From the NCBI GenBank assembly GCA_000165345.1, contig CM000434.1, forward strand, positions 416,001-480,000: a stretch of 64,000 nt of DNA, written 5' to 3'. A program made the translations under genes and the position numbers. The notes beneath the pieces were generated by a model that was given only the letters and a program-made list of their open reading frames with translations, made no database searches and had not been told where the DNA came from. This document shows, piece by piece, positions 49,237-59,791 of this stretch (within the stretch, counting starts at the first letter, position 1; each line of letters begins with the position of its first letter).

Positions 49237-49252
49237 CTTAATTGTGTGGAAA
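49237..49252 (+). repeat. 16-nt exact repeat CTTAATTGTGTGGAAA shared with 32279..32294 (RNR promoter); both copies follow a GC box
   Basis: Copy A 32279..32294 lies immediately downstream of ATTCCCCACTT in the RNR promoter. Copy B 49237..49252 follows GTCGGCGC about 60 nt upstream of the minus-strand beta-solenoid gene (start 49175) and just past the stop of the 1676-aa gene. An exact 16-mer with G/C content recurring in two promoters of a 64-kb AT-rich window is unlikely by chance. Confidence 0.4.
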
Positions 49253-49282
49253 GAAAAAGAATAAAATGATTAATTATAATTA

Positions 49283-52200
49283 TCAAGCTAAAGCGTCTAT
49301 ACATATACATTTATGTATCATTGACTCAAATTTTTCAGATAGTGCTCTTATATTCACATTATTTGAAGATTTAATCAAATACCTGACTTTTGCTACGAAG
49401 TAAATTGGTAGTTCAATTTGTTTATCTGAGATTATAGCTGTAATAAACCTCAGAGCTTCATCGATAAAACTAAAGCTAAGTAAATTTTCGATTACATTGA
49501 TAAAAATGTGTATATGTTGACCAATTGATGTTGAGCAACTTCTAATTATCTTCATCAAGTACTCTGGGTCTTTATACATTTTTTTTAATTGAATAGGTAG
49601 GATTGAAGTATAAGCGCTATCCGATGGATTATCACTGTTCATTGCACCGTAGATGCGTTCATTTGCCAATAATGCAATGTGAACGCCCTGGAGAAAATAA
49701 GGAGAGTGATTTATACGGCTTATTATTGAACTCCAATAATTAATATTAATAGCAAAGGCCAAATTGTCAGATCCTTTCAGTATTTGTATATTTCTAAGCT
49801 TAGCATTTTGAAGGAGTATTTCTTCGAATACTGTAATTTTCGGATCTGGTGAGCTATATGATAACTTTTTTTTTTTCTGTCCACTAGTTTGCGTTAGGAA
49901 ATCATTTTTATATTCAACTAAAGAATTAAAATATATTGTATTGTATGATAAAAAAAAGCAATAAGTGAACATCCAAAATCCAATAGTTTTATAAATATTA
50001 TTTGGAATAAATTGAGTTAAAGGGTTCGAAAAAATTATCCATTTATTATTTGAAAGATTTGAAGAATAATCTTTAAGATAATTGTTCATAAACTTATTTG
50101 CAACTTGGGTTAGTCTGTGTGAAGTCTCAAAGTAGCCATTGATTATTAAGTAGTAATTTAGCTCTACAATAGATATGCTTAACAAACTAGCTAAGTTTTT
50201 TGAACAAAACAGATGCGGATTAAATATTGTTTTGAAGTAAATTCCACTACGTTCTAAGTAATTCTTGTATCTTTCAATGTTTTTGCAAAAATTAATGAAA
50301 TGTTGATAAGTTTCTGCTAAAGTTAAATCTGAAGTTAATAATTTATTTATTCCGACAAAATACCACTTTAAGTAAGAAATATATTCAATAGACGGTAAAA
50401 ATGTGACCTTATGGTGAATTCCTTGAGAATAATTATTTTGATAGATTATTTTTGGAAGTTCAATACCGAAAAAGAGATTTGGTATACAAATAGGTTTATC
50501 AGAATATTGCCGATCATTAAATTGGTTTATTAGTGTAGCGCTTGAATAAGTAATGCATGTGTTTAATGAAGAGATAATTATGTTTAAAGGCTCGGAATCC
50601 GCATTAATGACTTCTTTTTCAAAGCTGAAGTATTGGATTATACCACTCAAATTCTCAAGCGCCTCATTTATGATTTTAAATGAATCGAATTCTTCATAAC
50701 GAGAATTATTCATTAAAATAAATTCTATCCAGCTCTCCGGAAATAAAGCATTTGTACAATTATTATATGAACACAAATCGCAATATTTATCCAGTGCATT
50801 TAAATATGCTAAAGTGACTATTTCTTGATACCTCTCTCCTCTTTTCCATTCATTCATTAGAAACTTATAAATTGATCGAACTATGAAAGCACCTTTTGAG
50901 TAAAATCTTAAAAAAGCTTCCGAATTAGTGTTATTAAGGAATTTAGTTTTTTTCCAGAATATCTGAATTAACAATGAATAAAATTCTTCAAGTTCAGTTG
51001 CAAAAACTGATGCCGAAATTGTAGAAAATTTCAATTCACTTTTATTTTCAACTTTGTTTGACAAATAATGCTTGATCCAAAGGACCATCAGAAACAGCAT
51101 TTTCTCATGCTTAGAATTAAAGCATGACAATGATTTATTTAGAAGCTTAACTATTGAATGATCTTCGATATTATTTCCGCTCAAATATATATATTGTATT
51201 AGATATTTTTTATGAATCTCATTAATTAATATTTTCTGGTTTGGAGAGCAACTGGAGAAACATGCGCATATCAGATTAATTGATATTTCTAATAAATTAA
51301 AGTATATTGAATTATAGTATATTTTTATTCTTGGTTTACTAAACAATCTAAATATTAATGAAATTAAATAAATAACTTTGATTTCGTTGCAAGAAAACCC
51401 TTCAAGTATGTTTTTTTTATTTTGATCTTCTTTTGGTTTAATTAATTCAATGATTTCATCAACTAACTTAATATCACTGATCAATTGTTTTAATATTGAA
51501 AGTGATGAATCTGAAGTATGACTTTTATAGGGAAGCAAACGAATGATATATGAAATGTAGCGCGTGTAGTTGTGTTCAAAACATCCATTGATAATTTGTT
51601 GTTCAAGGTAATCGTAAACTAAGTCAACCAGCTGAAAATTACATTCTTGAGAAACTTTTTTAGAACAAAAGTCATTAAGAAATAGCTCCCAGAAAATTTT
51701 ATTTGAAAAAATATATAGAGAAAGATCATTGGCTCCAGAATCGATAAAAACATCTGAAGAAAAAAATTTGTATATTGAATTATAATATAAATAAACCCTA
51801 TAAACTTGATCAACAGACGGAACAAAATGATGTTCATTGATCCTCCCACAATTATGAGTAATAATATTCAACTTTCCTGTTACCATATATTTGCCTAGAT
51901 TCAAAAATGAATAATCTTCTGAAAAAAACTGTAATATATTTTCAACTCCACAGCTATATGTTAAATTTATATTTCTAATTAAATTTTTCCAGGAAAAATA
52001 CTTGAAAATATTTCTTGTAATAATTGAATAGATATTCAAAATTAAAATAGTATTTTTTACCTTCATTATTTCTAAATTAGAAGCTTTAAAATATTTATTA
52101 GTTTCTTTATCCACGGAATTTAATACTAAGCACTTAACATCACCGTTATGATCTGCTTTAATTGATTTTCCAACGAAATTTAAAACTTCATCATTTGATG

Positions 52201-54313
52201 TTGGTGAAAGATTGACAAAGAATTGGATTATGTTCTGTATTAATGATTTAAGTTCATCCGTTGTGAAATTCTGTGTTAATATATCATAATAGATCAAGTT
52301 AAAATTATTTATATAATTAGATGCTGGGCTGAAAATTTCATTTAGCGATGTATAATGGTTAATAGTATCCTCTAATTTATTCATAAAAGTAAGCTTCTTA
52401 GATAGTACTTCTATAAGCTCCATAATTAAAGCGCACACTATAATTTTATTATTTATTCCATCTGAGATGTAAAAATCGAATAAATCGAATAAATGTTTGT
52501 CCAATCTTGTTTTATTGCTATTAAAAATAATTCTCAATACCAAATACTTTAATTTTAGATAATTTCTTATTATTTCAAGAGATATGTATAGATATGAATT
52601 ACAATTGTCGGAAATTGATGATGGCTTATCCAACTCTTGTCTGGATAAAGAACTTATAACAGAAACTGATATAGGAGATAATAAAAAAGTTTTATCTTTA
52701 TCTGAAAAAATTCGAATACAGTAATTGCCAATATTTTTAAAGTAATTAATTAAGAGATGAAGAGGCGTGATTATGAATATTATCTTTTCTATATCATATT
52801 TGCATTTTATACGAGTCTCAAACTCTTTATTTATTAGTGCTTTCCCATCTAGATATATGTAAACATTTTTCATTAAATTTACCAAGTCCTCAAATTTAGA
52901 AGTTGAGTATAAAATATTCAACAGCTCACATTGTTTCTTTTCGCAAACAATCTTTGAAATAATGCTTTCAAGGAATCTCAAATATCTATTAAAAGCCATA
53001 GCAACTACAGTGTTTGATTTACACTCACCAATAACTCTACAGAGAAGAAAATTTATGATTTCTTCAAAGTTTGATAGTTTTTCTATATTGGAAATTAACT
53101 TGCATTTTAAATCACTAATATCAAGTGGATTTTTAAAAGAATTTTGTAGTCCCTGACTCCAAACTAACGTAGAATTGCCTAGATTGGCATTTGATGGGAA
53201 ATTGTTCGAAGTGTGATCATTTAAGCAAATTTTGTGAATCTCACAAATTGGAAGGCATAAATCATAATCATTCATAATATTTCCAGGAAAAGCTGCCCTG
53301 GCAATATAAATTTCTGATTTATTACAATAGACCTGAGGATATAACAATTTTTTTTTATCTCCGCTCTGTTGAAGATCTAAATTAAGATAACTTGAAAGTT
53401 GCAAATTAATGTTTTCGGAATTATAATCACAAAAGTTCAATATCTTATAGAGATAAACTGTACTGTTAATCAACAAAACAAAATGATCTGTGCCTTCTAG
53501 GAGGGAAATTACAGGGTGGGTATCTATATTAATTCCAATTTCAATATCTGTTCTTCTATCAATTATATTACTACAAACATTATTTTCTGCAGGATTAAAT
53601 CTGATCAATATAAGACATAATTCTTTATTTTTTTCAGAAAATGTAATTAAATAAATATTTTCTGTGTTTTTGTTGGTTACTGTAGTTTTCACTATTTGAA
53701 ATGCAGAAATTTCGAGAGATTCTGTAAAGATATTTTTTTTAATAAATAGTGGTAAAAACTCGTCTTTCAAGATTGTTGAATTTGAAATTATCCCAAAAAC
53801 CCCCAATTCATTGCATGCTAAAAATAGAGATTTAGTTGCTTGAGTAAGTAATTTCAAATTTGAAAGCTCCGTTTTGAAACTTCTCGTTGTCAAAATATTA
53901 AAACCATACTCGCATTCCCCAAATACAGATATCTCAATGATATATAACTGTCCTTCATTAGAGCAAACTGAAATCGTGAGAATTGATGTGCATCTATCGA
54001 AAAATAAACTACAATTACAATTTGGATTGAATGGTAAATTTATATTAAATAATGATTTAATATTTGGTGCTCTACATTTATCTTGAGCTCTGTCTCTAGA
54101 AAATATTATAGTGGAGACATTGTAAACACAGATTGTATCGTTATTTATTACTGAGGCAATATGTAAATCATCGAACAACTTTAATTCATTACCAAAAAAT
54201 TTGTCAAAATCAGAATACGTATCTGTACAATTGTTTCTTTCATTTGTTAATTCTGCATAAAAATTATTAGAGAAAGCAAAATAGCCAATGATCTGCTCAA
54301 CATTTAGAAGCAT
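49283..54313 (-). CDS. Very large hypothetical protein (1676 aa), N-terminal beta-rich region followed by a helical solenoid
   Basis: Uninterrupted 5-kb ORF. Clathrin heavy chain has the same length but was excluded because its conserved N-terminal motifs are absent. No family assigned. Confidence 0.6.
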   Translation of the reverse strand: MLLNVEQIIGYFAFSNNFYAELTNERNNCTDTYSDFDKFFGNELKLFDDLHIASVINNDTICVYNVSTIIFSRDRAQDKCRAPNIKSLFNINLPFNPNCNCSLFFDRCTSILTISVCSNEGQLYIIEISVFGECEYGFNILTTRSFKTELSNLKLLTQATKSLFLACNELGVFGIISNSTILKDEFLPLFIKKNIFTESLEISAFQIVKTTVTNKNTENIYLITFSEKNKELCLILIRFNPAENNVCSNIIDRRTDIEIGINIDTHPVISLLEGTDHFVLLINSTVYLYKILNFCDYNSENINLQLSSYLNLDLQQSGDKKKLLYPQVYCNKSEIYIARAAFPGNIMNDYDLCLPICEIHKICLNDHTSNNFPSNANLGNSTLVWSQGLQNSFKNPLDISDLKCKLISNIEKLSNFEEIINFLLCRVIGECKSNTVVAMAFNRYLRFLESIISKIVCEKKQCELLNILYSTSKFEDLVNLMKNVYIYLDGKALINKEFETRIKCKYDIEKIIFIITPLHLLINYFKNIGNYCIRIFSDKDKTFLLSPISVSVISSLSRQELDKPSSISDNCNSYLYISLEIIRNYLKLKYLVLRIIFNSNKTRLDKHLFDLFDFYISDGINNKIIVCALIMELIEVLSKKLTFMNKLEDTINHYTSLNEIFSPASNYINNFNLIYYDILTQNFTTDELKSLIQNIIQFFVNLSPTSNDEVLNFVGKSIKADHNGDVKCLVLNSVDKETNKYFKASNLEIMKVKNTILILNIYSIITRNIFKYFSWKNLIRNINLTYSCGVENILQFFSEDYSFLNLGKYMVTGKLNIITHNCGRINEHHFVPSVDQVYRVYLYYNSIYKFFSSDVFIDSGANDLSLYIFSNKIFWELFLNDFCSKKVSQECNFQLVDLVYDYLEQQIINGCFEHNYTRYISYIIRLLPYKSHTSDSSLSILKQLISDIKLVDEIIELIKPKEDQNKKNILEGFSCNEIKVIYLISLIFRLFSKPRIKIYYNSIYFNLLEISINLICACFSSCSPNQKILINEIHKKYLIQYIYLSGNNIEDHSIVKLLNKSLSCFNSKHEKMLFLMVLWIKHYLSNKVENKSELKFSTISASVFATELEEFYSLLIQIFWKKTKFLNNTNSEAFLRFYSKGAFIVRSIYKFLMNEWKRGERYQEIVTLAYLNALDKYCDLCSYNNCTNALFPESWIEFILMNNSRYEEFDSFKIINEALENLSGIIQYFSFEKEVINADSEPLNIIISSLNTCITYSSATLINQFNDRQYSDKPICIPNLFFGIELPKIIYQNNYSQGIHHKVTFLPSIEYISYLKWYFVGINKLLTSDLTLAETYQHFINFCKNIERYKNYLERSGIYFKTIFNPHLFCSKNLASLLSISIVELNYYLIINGYFETSHRLTQVANKFMNNYLKDYSSNLSNNKWIIFSNPLTQFIPNNIYKTIGFWMFTYCFFLSYNTIYFNSLVEYKNDFLTQTSGQKKKKLSYSSPDPKITVFEEILLQNAKLRNIQILKGSDNLAFAININYWSSIISRINHSPYFLQGVHIALLANERIYGAMNSDNPSDSAYTSILPIQLKKMYKDPEYLMKIIRSCSTSIGQHIHIFINVIENLLSFSFIDEALRFITAIISDKQIELPIYFVAKVRYLIKSSNNVNIRALSEKFESMIHKCICIDALA

Positions 54314-54587
54314 TTTGATTCCTAAGTTATATAATTGATTTTTATTGCTGAACTTTGTAACTATTTCGTCCCCACTTAAGAAAAAAAATTGTTATACAAC
54401 GTCGCGGCATCATGAACTTTTATAATTGCGATGGATTATTTACCATTTGACACCTACAGTGTGAATAACCAAATACTGTTTATAATACAAAGAGTTTTTA
54501 AAGATAATGTATTTTTACTGTTTATTTATATTGCTATCTTCTTATCAACAACTATTGTCACAATTTTTATTTTAAGAATACTTTTAA

Positions 54588-55634
54588 ATGGGCCAAGCTA
54601 ATAATAAAAATCAACAAAAAAAAGCAACTCAACTCCATCATAGAAATGTGCATGCCAATGATGATTTTTTATTTTTATCTGAAAGATACCCTGAGCTTAA
54701 AAAATGTATCAAAATAATAAATAATAAAGTACGTATTAATTATAACCCCGCAGCATTACACTGTATTTCGAAAGTATTGCTGCATTACAGATATAATATT
54801 AATTGGGACATACCGGATAAATTTCTAATACCAACAATACCTTCGAGAGCTAACTATGTACACTTTATTTCAGACCTGTTAACTCCAGAACACTTTTATA
54901 ATACGGAAAAAGTAAACGATGAAGGATTAAGAAACGATCTAAAGACAAAAACATGTATTGAAGGTGGTACAGATGTTTGTTTTTCTGAGCTTATTCCTAG
55001 AGGAAAACAAGTTTTGGGGTTTGATATAGGAATTGGTGCAAACTGCATATTTTCTCTTCTATGCAACAAAATTTATTCTTGGAATATGATCGGCTCAGAT
55101 ATTTCAATTGAAAGCCTGAGTGTTTCAGACACTATTATTAAAAAAAACAATCTTTGTGGTTGTATAAAACTTTTGCATCAAGAAAAACCAGAATATATAT
55201 TATTCGGGATACTTGACAAAACTGAAATAGAAGACTTGAAATTCTCATTCACTATCTGTAACCCTCCATATTATGATTCAGTTGAAGATTCAGAAATTAA
55301 TATGCACCCTGCTCGCTTCAGGAGTTGTCAAAATTACGAAATAATAACTCATGGAGGTGAATCTCAATTTATCTTGAAATTGTATTTCGAAAGCAAGAAT
55401 TTTTCGAAAAGGGTAATCTGGTACACTTCTCAAGTTTCGAAACTAAAAAATTTGAAATTTTTGAAAAGTGTTCTTAAAAAAGAAATCATTAACAATGAAT
55501 TAAAATCACTTAGATACACTACTCTAAAACAAGGGAAGCATGACAAGTGGGTAATTGCATGGAGCTTTTTTGAAAAGGAAGAGAGAACCTCAATATTAAA
55601 GTTTCTCAGAAACAATAAAAACATGAGCTCTTGA
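54588..55634 (+). CDS. METTL16-like RNA N6-adenosine methyltransferase (U6 snRNA m6A methyltransferase family)
   Basis: PAALHCISKVLLHYRYNINWDIPDKFLIPTIPSRANYVHFISDLL aligns with METTL16 [42 protein letters not shown]. SAM motif I GFDIGIGANCIFSLL vs GIDIGTGASCIYPLL. Catalytic NPPY/F (FTICNPPYY vs FCMCNPPFF). C-terminal KWVIAWSFFEKE vs RWALAWSFYD. Confidence 0.75.
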   Translation: MGQANNKNQQKKATQLHHRNVHANDDFLFLSERYPELKKCIKIINNKVRINYNPAALHCISKVLLHYRYNINWDIPDKFLIPTIPSRANYVHFISDLLTPEHFYNTEKVNDEGLRNDLKTKTCIEGGTDVCFSELIPRGKQVLGFDIGIGANCIFSLLCNKIYSWNMIGSDISIESLSVSDTIIKKNNLCGCIKLLHQEKPEYILFGILDKTEIEDLKFSFTICNPPYYDSVEDSEINMHPARFRSCQNYEIITHGGESQFILKLYFESKNFSKRVIWYTSQVSKLKNLKFLKSVLKKEIINNELKSLRYTTLKQGKHDKWVIAWSFFEKEERTSILKFLRNNKNMSS

Positions 55635-55670
55635 CGAATTTTAATTAAATATTAATGTTTGATCAAAATT

Positions 55671-55688
55671 TGCATGTGTATGCATGCA
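55671..55688 (+). promoter_or_regulatory. TGCATGTGTATGCATGCA: GCATGCA (AP2-type) palindromic motif upstream of the BT1 transporter gene
   Basis: TGCATGCA at 55681..55688 preceded by TGCATG at 55671..55676, roughly 90-105 nt upstream of the ATG at 55776. GCATGC(A) is an established over-represented upstream motif in apicomplexan promoters (ApiAP2-binding). Additional copies: GCATGC at 32351..32356 (RNR promoter) and CATGCATG at 26689..26696 (kinesin/coiled-coil divergent promoter). Confidence 0.35.
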
Positions 55689-55775
55689 AATTATTATTTA
55701 GCACATGCGTTAATTATTTACACAGAATAATAAATTATCTTCTGTTAACCTTATTATTAATAAACTTATAATAAA

Positions 55776-57301
55776 ATGGATGGGACGCTACATCAAAATG
55801 AAATTATTTCTTTGCTAGACGAAAAAAGAACCATTTCAAGCACAATAAAATTTTCGTCGCTACTTGGGTCTATTACAATAACCAAGTTAGTAATATTTTT
55901 GGTCGGATTCTCAGATGGACTGACTCACCTCGCAACGCTGGCAATTTACTACTTGCTGAAGGATGATTTACGCCTCTCTCCTCCTGAAGTATCGGTTATA
56001 TATGCAATTCCTGCGATACCTTGGTTTTTGAAACCTTTATTTGGTAAGCTACAAACCATTTTTTAAAGTATAAATAAATTTCTTAAAGCATTTTGCAGTG
56101 ATTCAATACCTATTGCAGGTAAGCTTGAAGCTCATTCAAATATATTCGTATAACATACTTATAGGAATGAGAAGAAAGCCATACTTGATTTTTTTCTCAA
56201 TTCTTCAAGTTATAGGCTTTTTACTACTTGCAACAAACGTAAGTTAACTCTAAATTTATAATAATATTTTTAATAGTTTCAGGCTGATACTGTTTTTAAA
56301 GCTGCAGTCTGCCTACTACTAATATCTTTAAGTGCAGCATTTTGTAGCAGTATTGCTGAGGTAAGTTATTAGAAAATAGATTAATTAATCAATAATCTCT
56401 AAAAAAACAGGCATTAGTTGTAGAGACATCTGGAATTAATGGTGGTGCTGAAACAGTCTCCGATTATTTTGGCTCAAAGGCATTGGGTGCACTAGCAACG
56501 GCATATTTTTCTGGTTCATTGTTAGATACATACAGTAAACAAGGAATATTTCTTACAACGTCAATTTTTCCATTATTTGTTTTTATCGCTTGTCTGATAA
56601 TGGATGATAAAAAACAGACAGAAGATCTCACTGCGAAGAATCAGCTATTTTCGCTTAAGGAATTTTTGAAAAAACCCATAATTTGGGGGCCTGCAATATA
56701 TATTTTTACTTATACTGCAGGACCAGACTACGACGATGCAATGTTTTTTTACTTTACAAATAGGCTTGGCTTTTCGCCGACATTTATGGGTAGCTTAAGG
56801 CTTACTTATGGAATTGCAGGTATAATTGGAATTGTTCTATATAGAATTATTCTCAAGAAGACCCCATTCCGTGAAATATTGCTTTGGACTACTTTGTTTT
56901 CAATACCAATTTATATTCTACCTCTAGCGCTTGTCACAGGACTCAATTTGAATATGGGAATTTCGAATAGAATGTTTGCATTGTCTGGTGGATTTCTGAT
57001 TGAAGCCATTGCAGAAATACAGTTGTTACCACTTCTTGTAATGACTGCAAAGTTTTGCCCAAAAGGCCTTGAAGGGTCTGTATATGCGGTTATGATGTCA
57101 ATACGAAGTCTTGGAATAGGGGTTTCAAAAGTTATCTCCGCAGGATTGGCCTACTCACTTGGAATTACAGCATTCAATTTTTCAAACTTGGGGTTATTAA
57201 TTTGGATTTCTTCCGCATTTCTCCTGCTGCCTCTCTTTTTTCTAAATTTGGTTAGTTATCATACTTTTTCCATATTTCAAGTTCATTTTTTTAGGTTGTG
57301 A
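55776..57301 (+). CDS. Folate-biopterin transporter (BT1 family, MFS), 5 exons: 55776..56043, 56089..56118, 56165..56238, 56283..56360, 56411..57301
   Basis: Exon 1 carries the BT1 signature GLTHLATLAIYYLLKDDLRLSPPEVSVIYAIPAIPWFLKPLF. Splicing gives ...KPLFAFCSDSIPIAGMRRKPYLIFFSILQVIGFLLLATN... (cf. plant/protist BT1 [30 protein letters not shown]), then ADTVFKAAVCLLLISLSAAFCSSIAE and ALVVETSGINGG... continuing into the listed ORF 56483..57301. Introns of 45, 46, 44 and 50 nt (GTAAGC/GTAAGT donors, AAG/TAG/CAG acceptors). An alternative acceptor at 56098 is excluded because it creates an in-frame TGA in exon 3. Total 1341 nt, 446 aa, roughly 11 TM helices. Confidence 0.75.
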
Positions 57302-57446
57302 ATGAAGAAGAGATCCAAAGTACAGAAAATCAAGTATAATTCAATATTCTCAAAATGATTAAAATTAAATAACGAAATATCTTATGAGATTTTATTTAGA
57401 ATTGAAAATAATTTTCTATACTACAGTAAATTTTTACTATGAAAGT

Positions 57447-59615
57447 CTATATTGAACGGTTACTTTGCTTCTTTACTTTGTAAATTCTTATAACCCAATT
57501 ATCAGTTGTATAAGCTTCCTCAAAATGAGTAAGTGAGAATTGAGTTTTACCTATGTGGTAATTCCTTACTAAGTCAAAACCATCCTTCTGAAGATCCGAA
57601 AACCTATAATATGATAGCTTGTAAATCAGAGAATTAAGCATCGCATTAGATGCGTCTTTCCCCACAGTATAATGCCCACTATCCGATAGATAATCGTTTT
57701 GCTGAATGTGAGGATAAATTCCAGAAGCAATTCTTACCATCCATAAGAATTTATTGATATCATCAGAAGAATATTTTGCAAACCCACCAAATACAACAAA
57801 AACATAATCTACATCCAGTTTTTCTATTATTTTATAAGCCTCATCCTCAGGAGATGCCAATGCAAGCCCAACTGTAGCGATATGTGTGTTATTCCATGTA
57901 TTGTTATCTACAATTACGGTTCTGTCGCCTAATTCAGTGCATTGATATCCATAATCCCACCAAGACATTATCCTTGCATTGTAAGGGGTGTTCTTTCTCA
58001 ACCAATAATATGCTTCCCTAAAATCATCCTGAATTAGTCTAGTTCCATCTCTAAGACGGTTTGAAGTAATTACTGATGGATGCGAATACGCAACAGCAGA
58101 GCTCCAAACACTATGCACGACATAACTCACACAGAGCAAAAACATTAATAATACAAAAAAAACTCTGAGAATACCAAAATTCCCTTGGCTCCCGTCACCA
58201 TAAGTGGTTTTTTTTGTTTGCCTTCTGCCTATTAGACTCGATAATATAAAAGAAAATCCCACTGCAGAAAGGCAACAAGCCGCAGGCCCAAAAACCAGCA
58301 TCAGTCTAATCATGACAGAAGAAAAATAGACAGCAAGGACTCCATATACAATTAAAAATATTGCAGTATCGGGAATGCACGTACTATGTGATGTTTGAAA
58401 TGGTGAATTTTTTGGTGATTTTTTTTGAGAAATATAAATTGAATACGCACAGACAAATATTCCAAGAGGGAAAAATATCGCAGTAATATGGAGGTCAAAA
58501 ATATACTGTGACCAAGTTGTTGCTTGGTGTTCTGATACTGATGCGATAATAGGAACATGCTTAGACGCATATGTGGGATCTAAAAGAGTCATACTTCTTG
58601 CCGCCCACCTAGTTTTTCCAGACAGTGTCAATACCAAGAAGGCGGAGCTAGATACCAAGAAGCAAGAAATCCATATAGCTTTTAGAAGTATTCGGCTTGA
58701 AGAAGTGCTCAGAATATATTTTGAGGAGTTCAATGCTATAACGCACACTACAAGAAATGCCATACAGTGTGATGAAAGGTGTTCCGAAGATTTTACGGCG
58801 CCCACGTTGACAAATGGAATGTTAAGGTTCAATATTGTACCAATAACATAAAATACAATATAAACTACAAAGTGTTTGTATGTAAATCTGTTGAGTAATA
58901 CAAGAGCTAGTGTATAGATTGCAATTGTATTAATTACAAACACATATCCTCCCCAACTCATAGTCATATAATTGTAGGCAAGAGCTGCAAAAAATGAACT
59001 CAATATTCTACCATCATTTACTGCCCTCAAATATAGTGCAAAGCTGAATACAAGAGCAAAAATTGCAACTGCTTCATTATCATAACTTCCTGCAACGCTC
59101 CTACTCAGATACGTAGGAGATATACCCGTAAAGAGAGCTGCCATTATTCCCGTTTCATTTCGCTTAGTTATTTGAAATGTGAGTAAGTATGAAGCAAGTG
59201 CAGTTAGACTTGAGATTATTGGTCCTGTAAAAACACAAATGTGTAAAATACTTACAAGTAAACCCAATTGATGTGCAATATACCTCATCAAAGCAGCAGT
59301 AAGCATGAGACCAGGAAATAGAGTTTGCCCAATAATCCTACCAAGAGGGTACCAACTCCTGCTATCAAACCAGTTCCAAAATGCATAAAACCCATGTTTT
59401 GAAAGAAATTTCGAGGTTCTATAGTTAAAATGTGGATCAAACTCGTGTATTATCGCCTCATATCTTACTACGGCAAAAAGCCTCACAAAAATACAAAGTC
59501 CCATAATTAAAACCACGGATAGAAACAACAAAACAGGAGATATCCTTCCAGCAGATTCAAATATTGATTTTTTTTTGTATTCATTTTCTAATTCTTTATA
59601 ACTTATGTCTTTCAT
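57447..59615 (-). CDS. STT3: Oligosaccharyltransferase catalytic subunit STT3
   Basis: 722 aa, multi-TM N-terminal half, WWDYGYQ (the invariant WWDYG motif), DK-type motif DNNTWNNTHIATVG, and MxxI-like region. Typical STT3 architecture. Confidence 0.95.
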   Translation of the reverse strand: MKDISYKELENEYKKKSIFESAGRISPVLLFLSVVLIMGLCIFVRLFAVVRYEAIIHEFDPHFNYRTSKFLSKHGFYAFWNWFDSRSWYPLGRIIGQTLFPGLMLTAALMRYIAHQLGLLVSILHICVFTGPIISSLTALASYLLTFQITKRNETGIMAALFTGISPTYLSRSVAGSYDNEAVAIFALVFSFALYLRAVNDGRILSSFFAALAYNYMTMSWGGYVFVINTIAIYTLALVLLNRFTYKHFVVYIVFYVIGTILNLNIPFVNVGAVKSSEHLSSHCMAFLVVCVIALNSSKYILSTSSSRILLKAIWISCFLVSSSAFLVLTLSGKTRWAARSMTLLDPTYASKHVPIIASVSEHQATTWSQYIFDLHITAIFFPLGIFVCAYSIYISQKKSPKNSPFQTSHSTCIPDTAIFLIVYGVLAVYFSSVMIRLMLVFGPAACCLSAVGFSFILSSLIGRRQTKKTTYGDGSQGNFGILRVFFVLLMFLLCVSYVVHSVWSSAVAYSHPSVITSNRLRDGTRLIQDDFREAYYWLRKNTPYNARIMSWWDYGYQCTELGDRTVIVDNNTWNNTHIATVGLALASPEDEAYKIIEKLDVDYVFVVFGGFAKYSSDDINKFLWMVRIASGIYPHIQQNDYLSDSGHYTVGKDASNAMLNSLIYKLSYYRFSDLQKDGFDLVRNYHIGKTQFSLTHFEEAYTTDNWVIRIYKVKKQSNRSI

Positions 59616-59791
59616 TATTAAATCGAAGCATTCAGATAAAATTTTCTAAATAATCAAGAACCTTTAAATAAGGTAAGAATTTTTATTTTCTTTGCCACAA
59701 ATTTTATAGTTTATATTAAATGTCTCAAAAATAAAGTTGCTGTGTGCCTCCGTCAGGTAATTCGATGGCGCAAATTTAATATTTATTTATT

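Noticed and set aside
49283-54313. Clathrin heavy chain hypothesis for the 1676-aa protein (identical length to human CHC)
   Set aside because: Clathrin heavy chain is highly conserved and its N-terminal propeller/linker motifs are absent; only the length coincides.
56099-56118. Alternative acceptor (TTTTGCAG at 56098) for BT1 intron 1
   Set aside because: Puts exon 3 in a frame that immediately reads GAA TGA (stop). The upstream acceptor TCTTAAAG|CA (exon 2 = 56089..56118) gives the conserved FCSDSIPIAG-MRRKPYL sequence.
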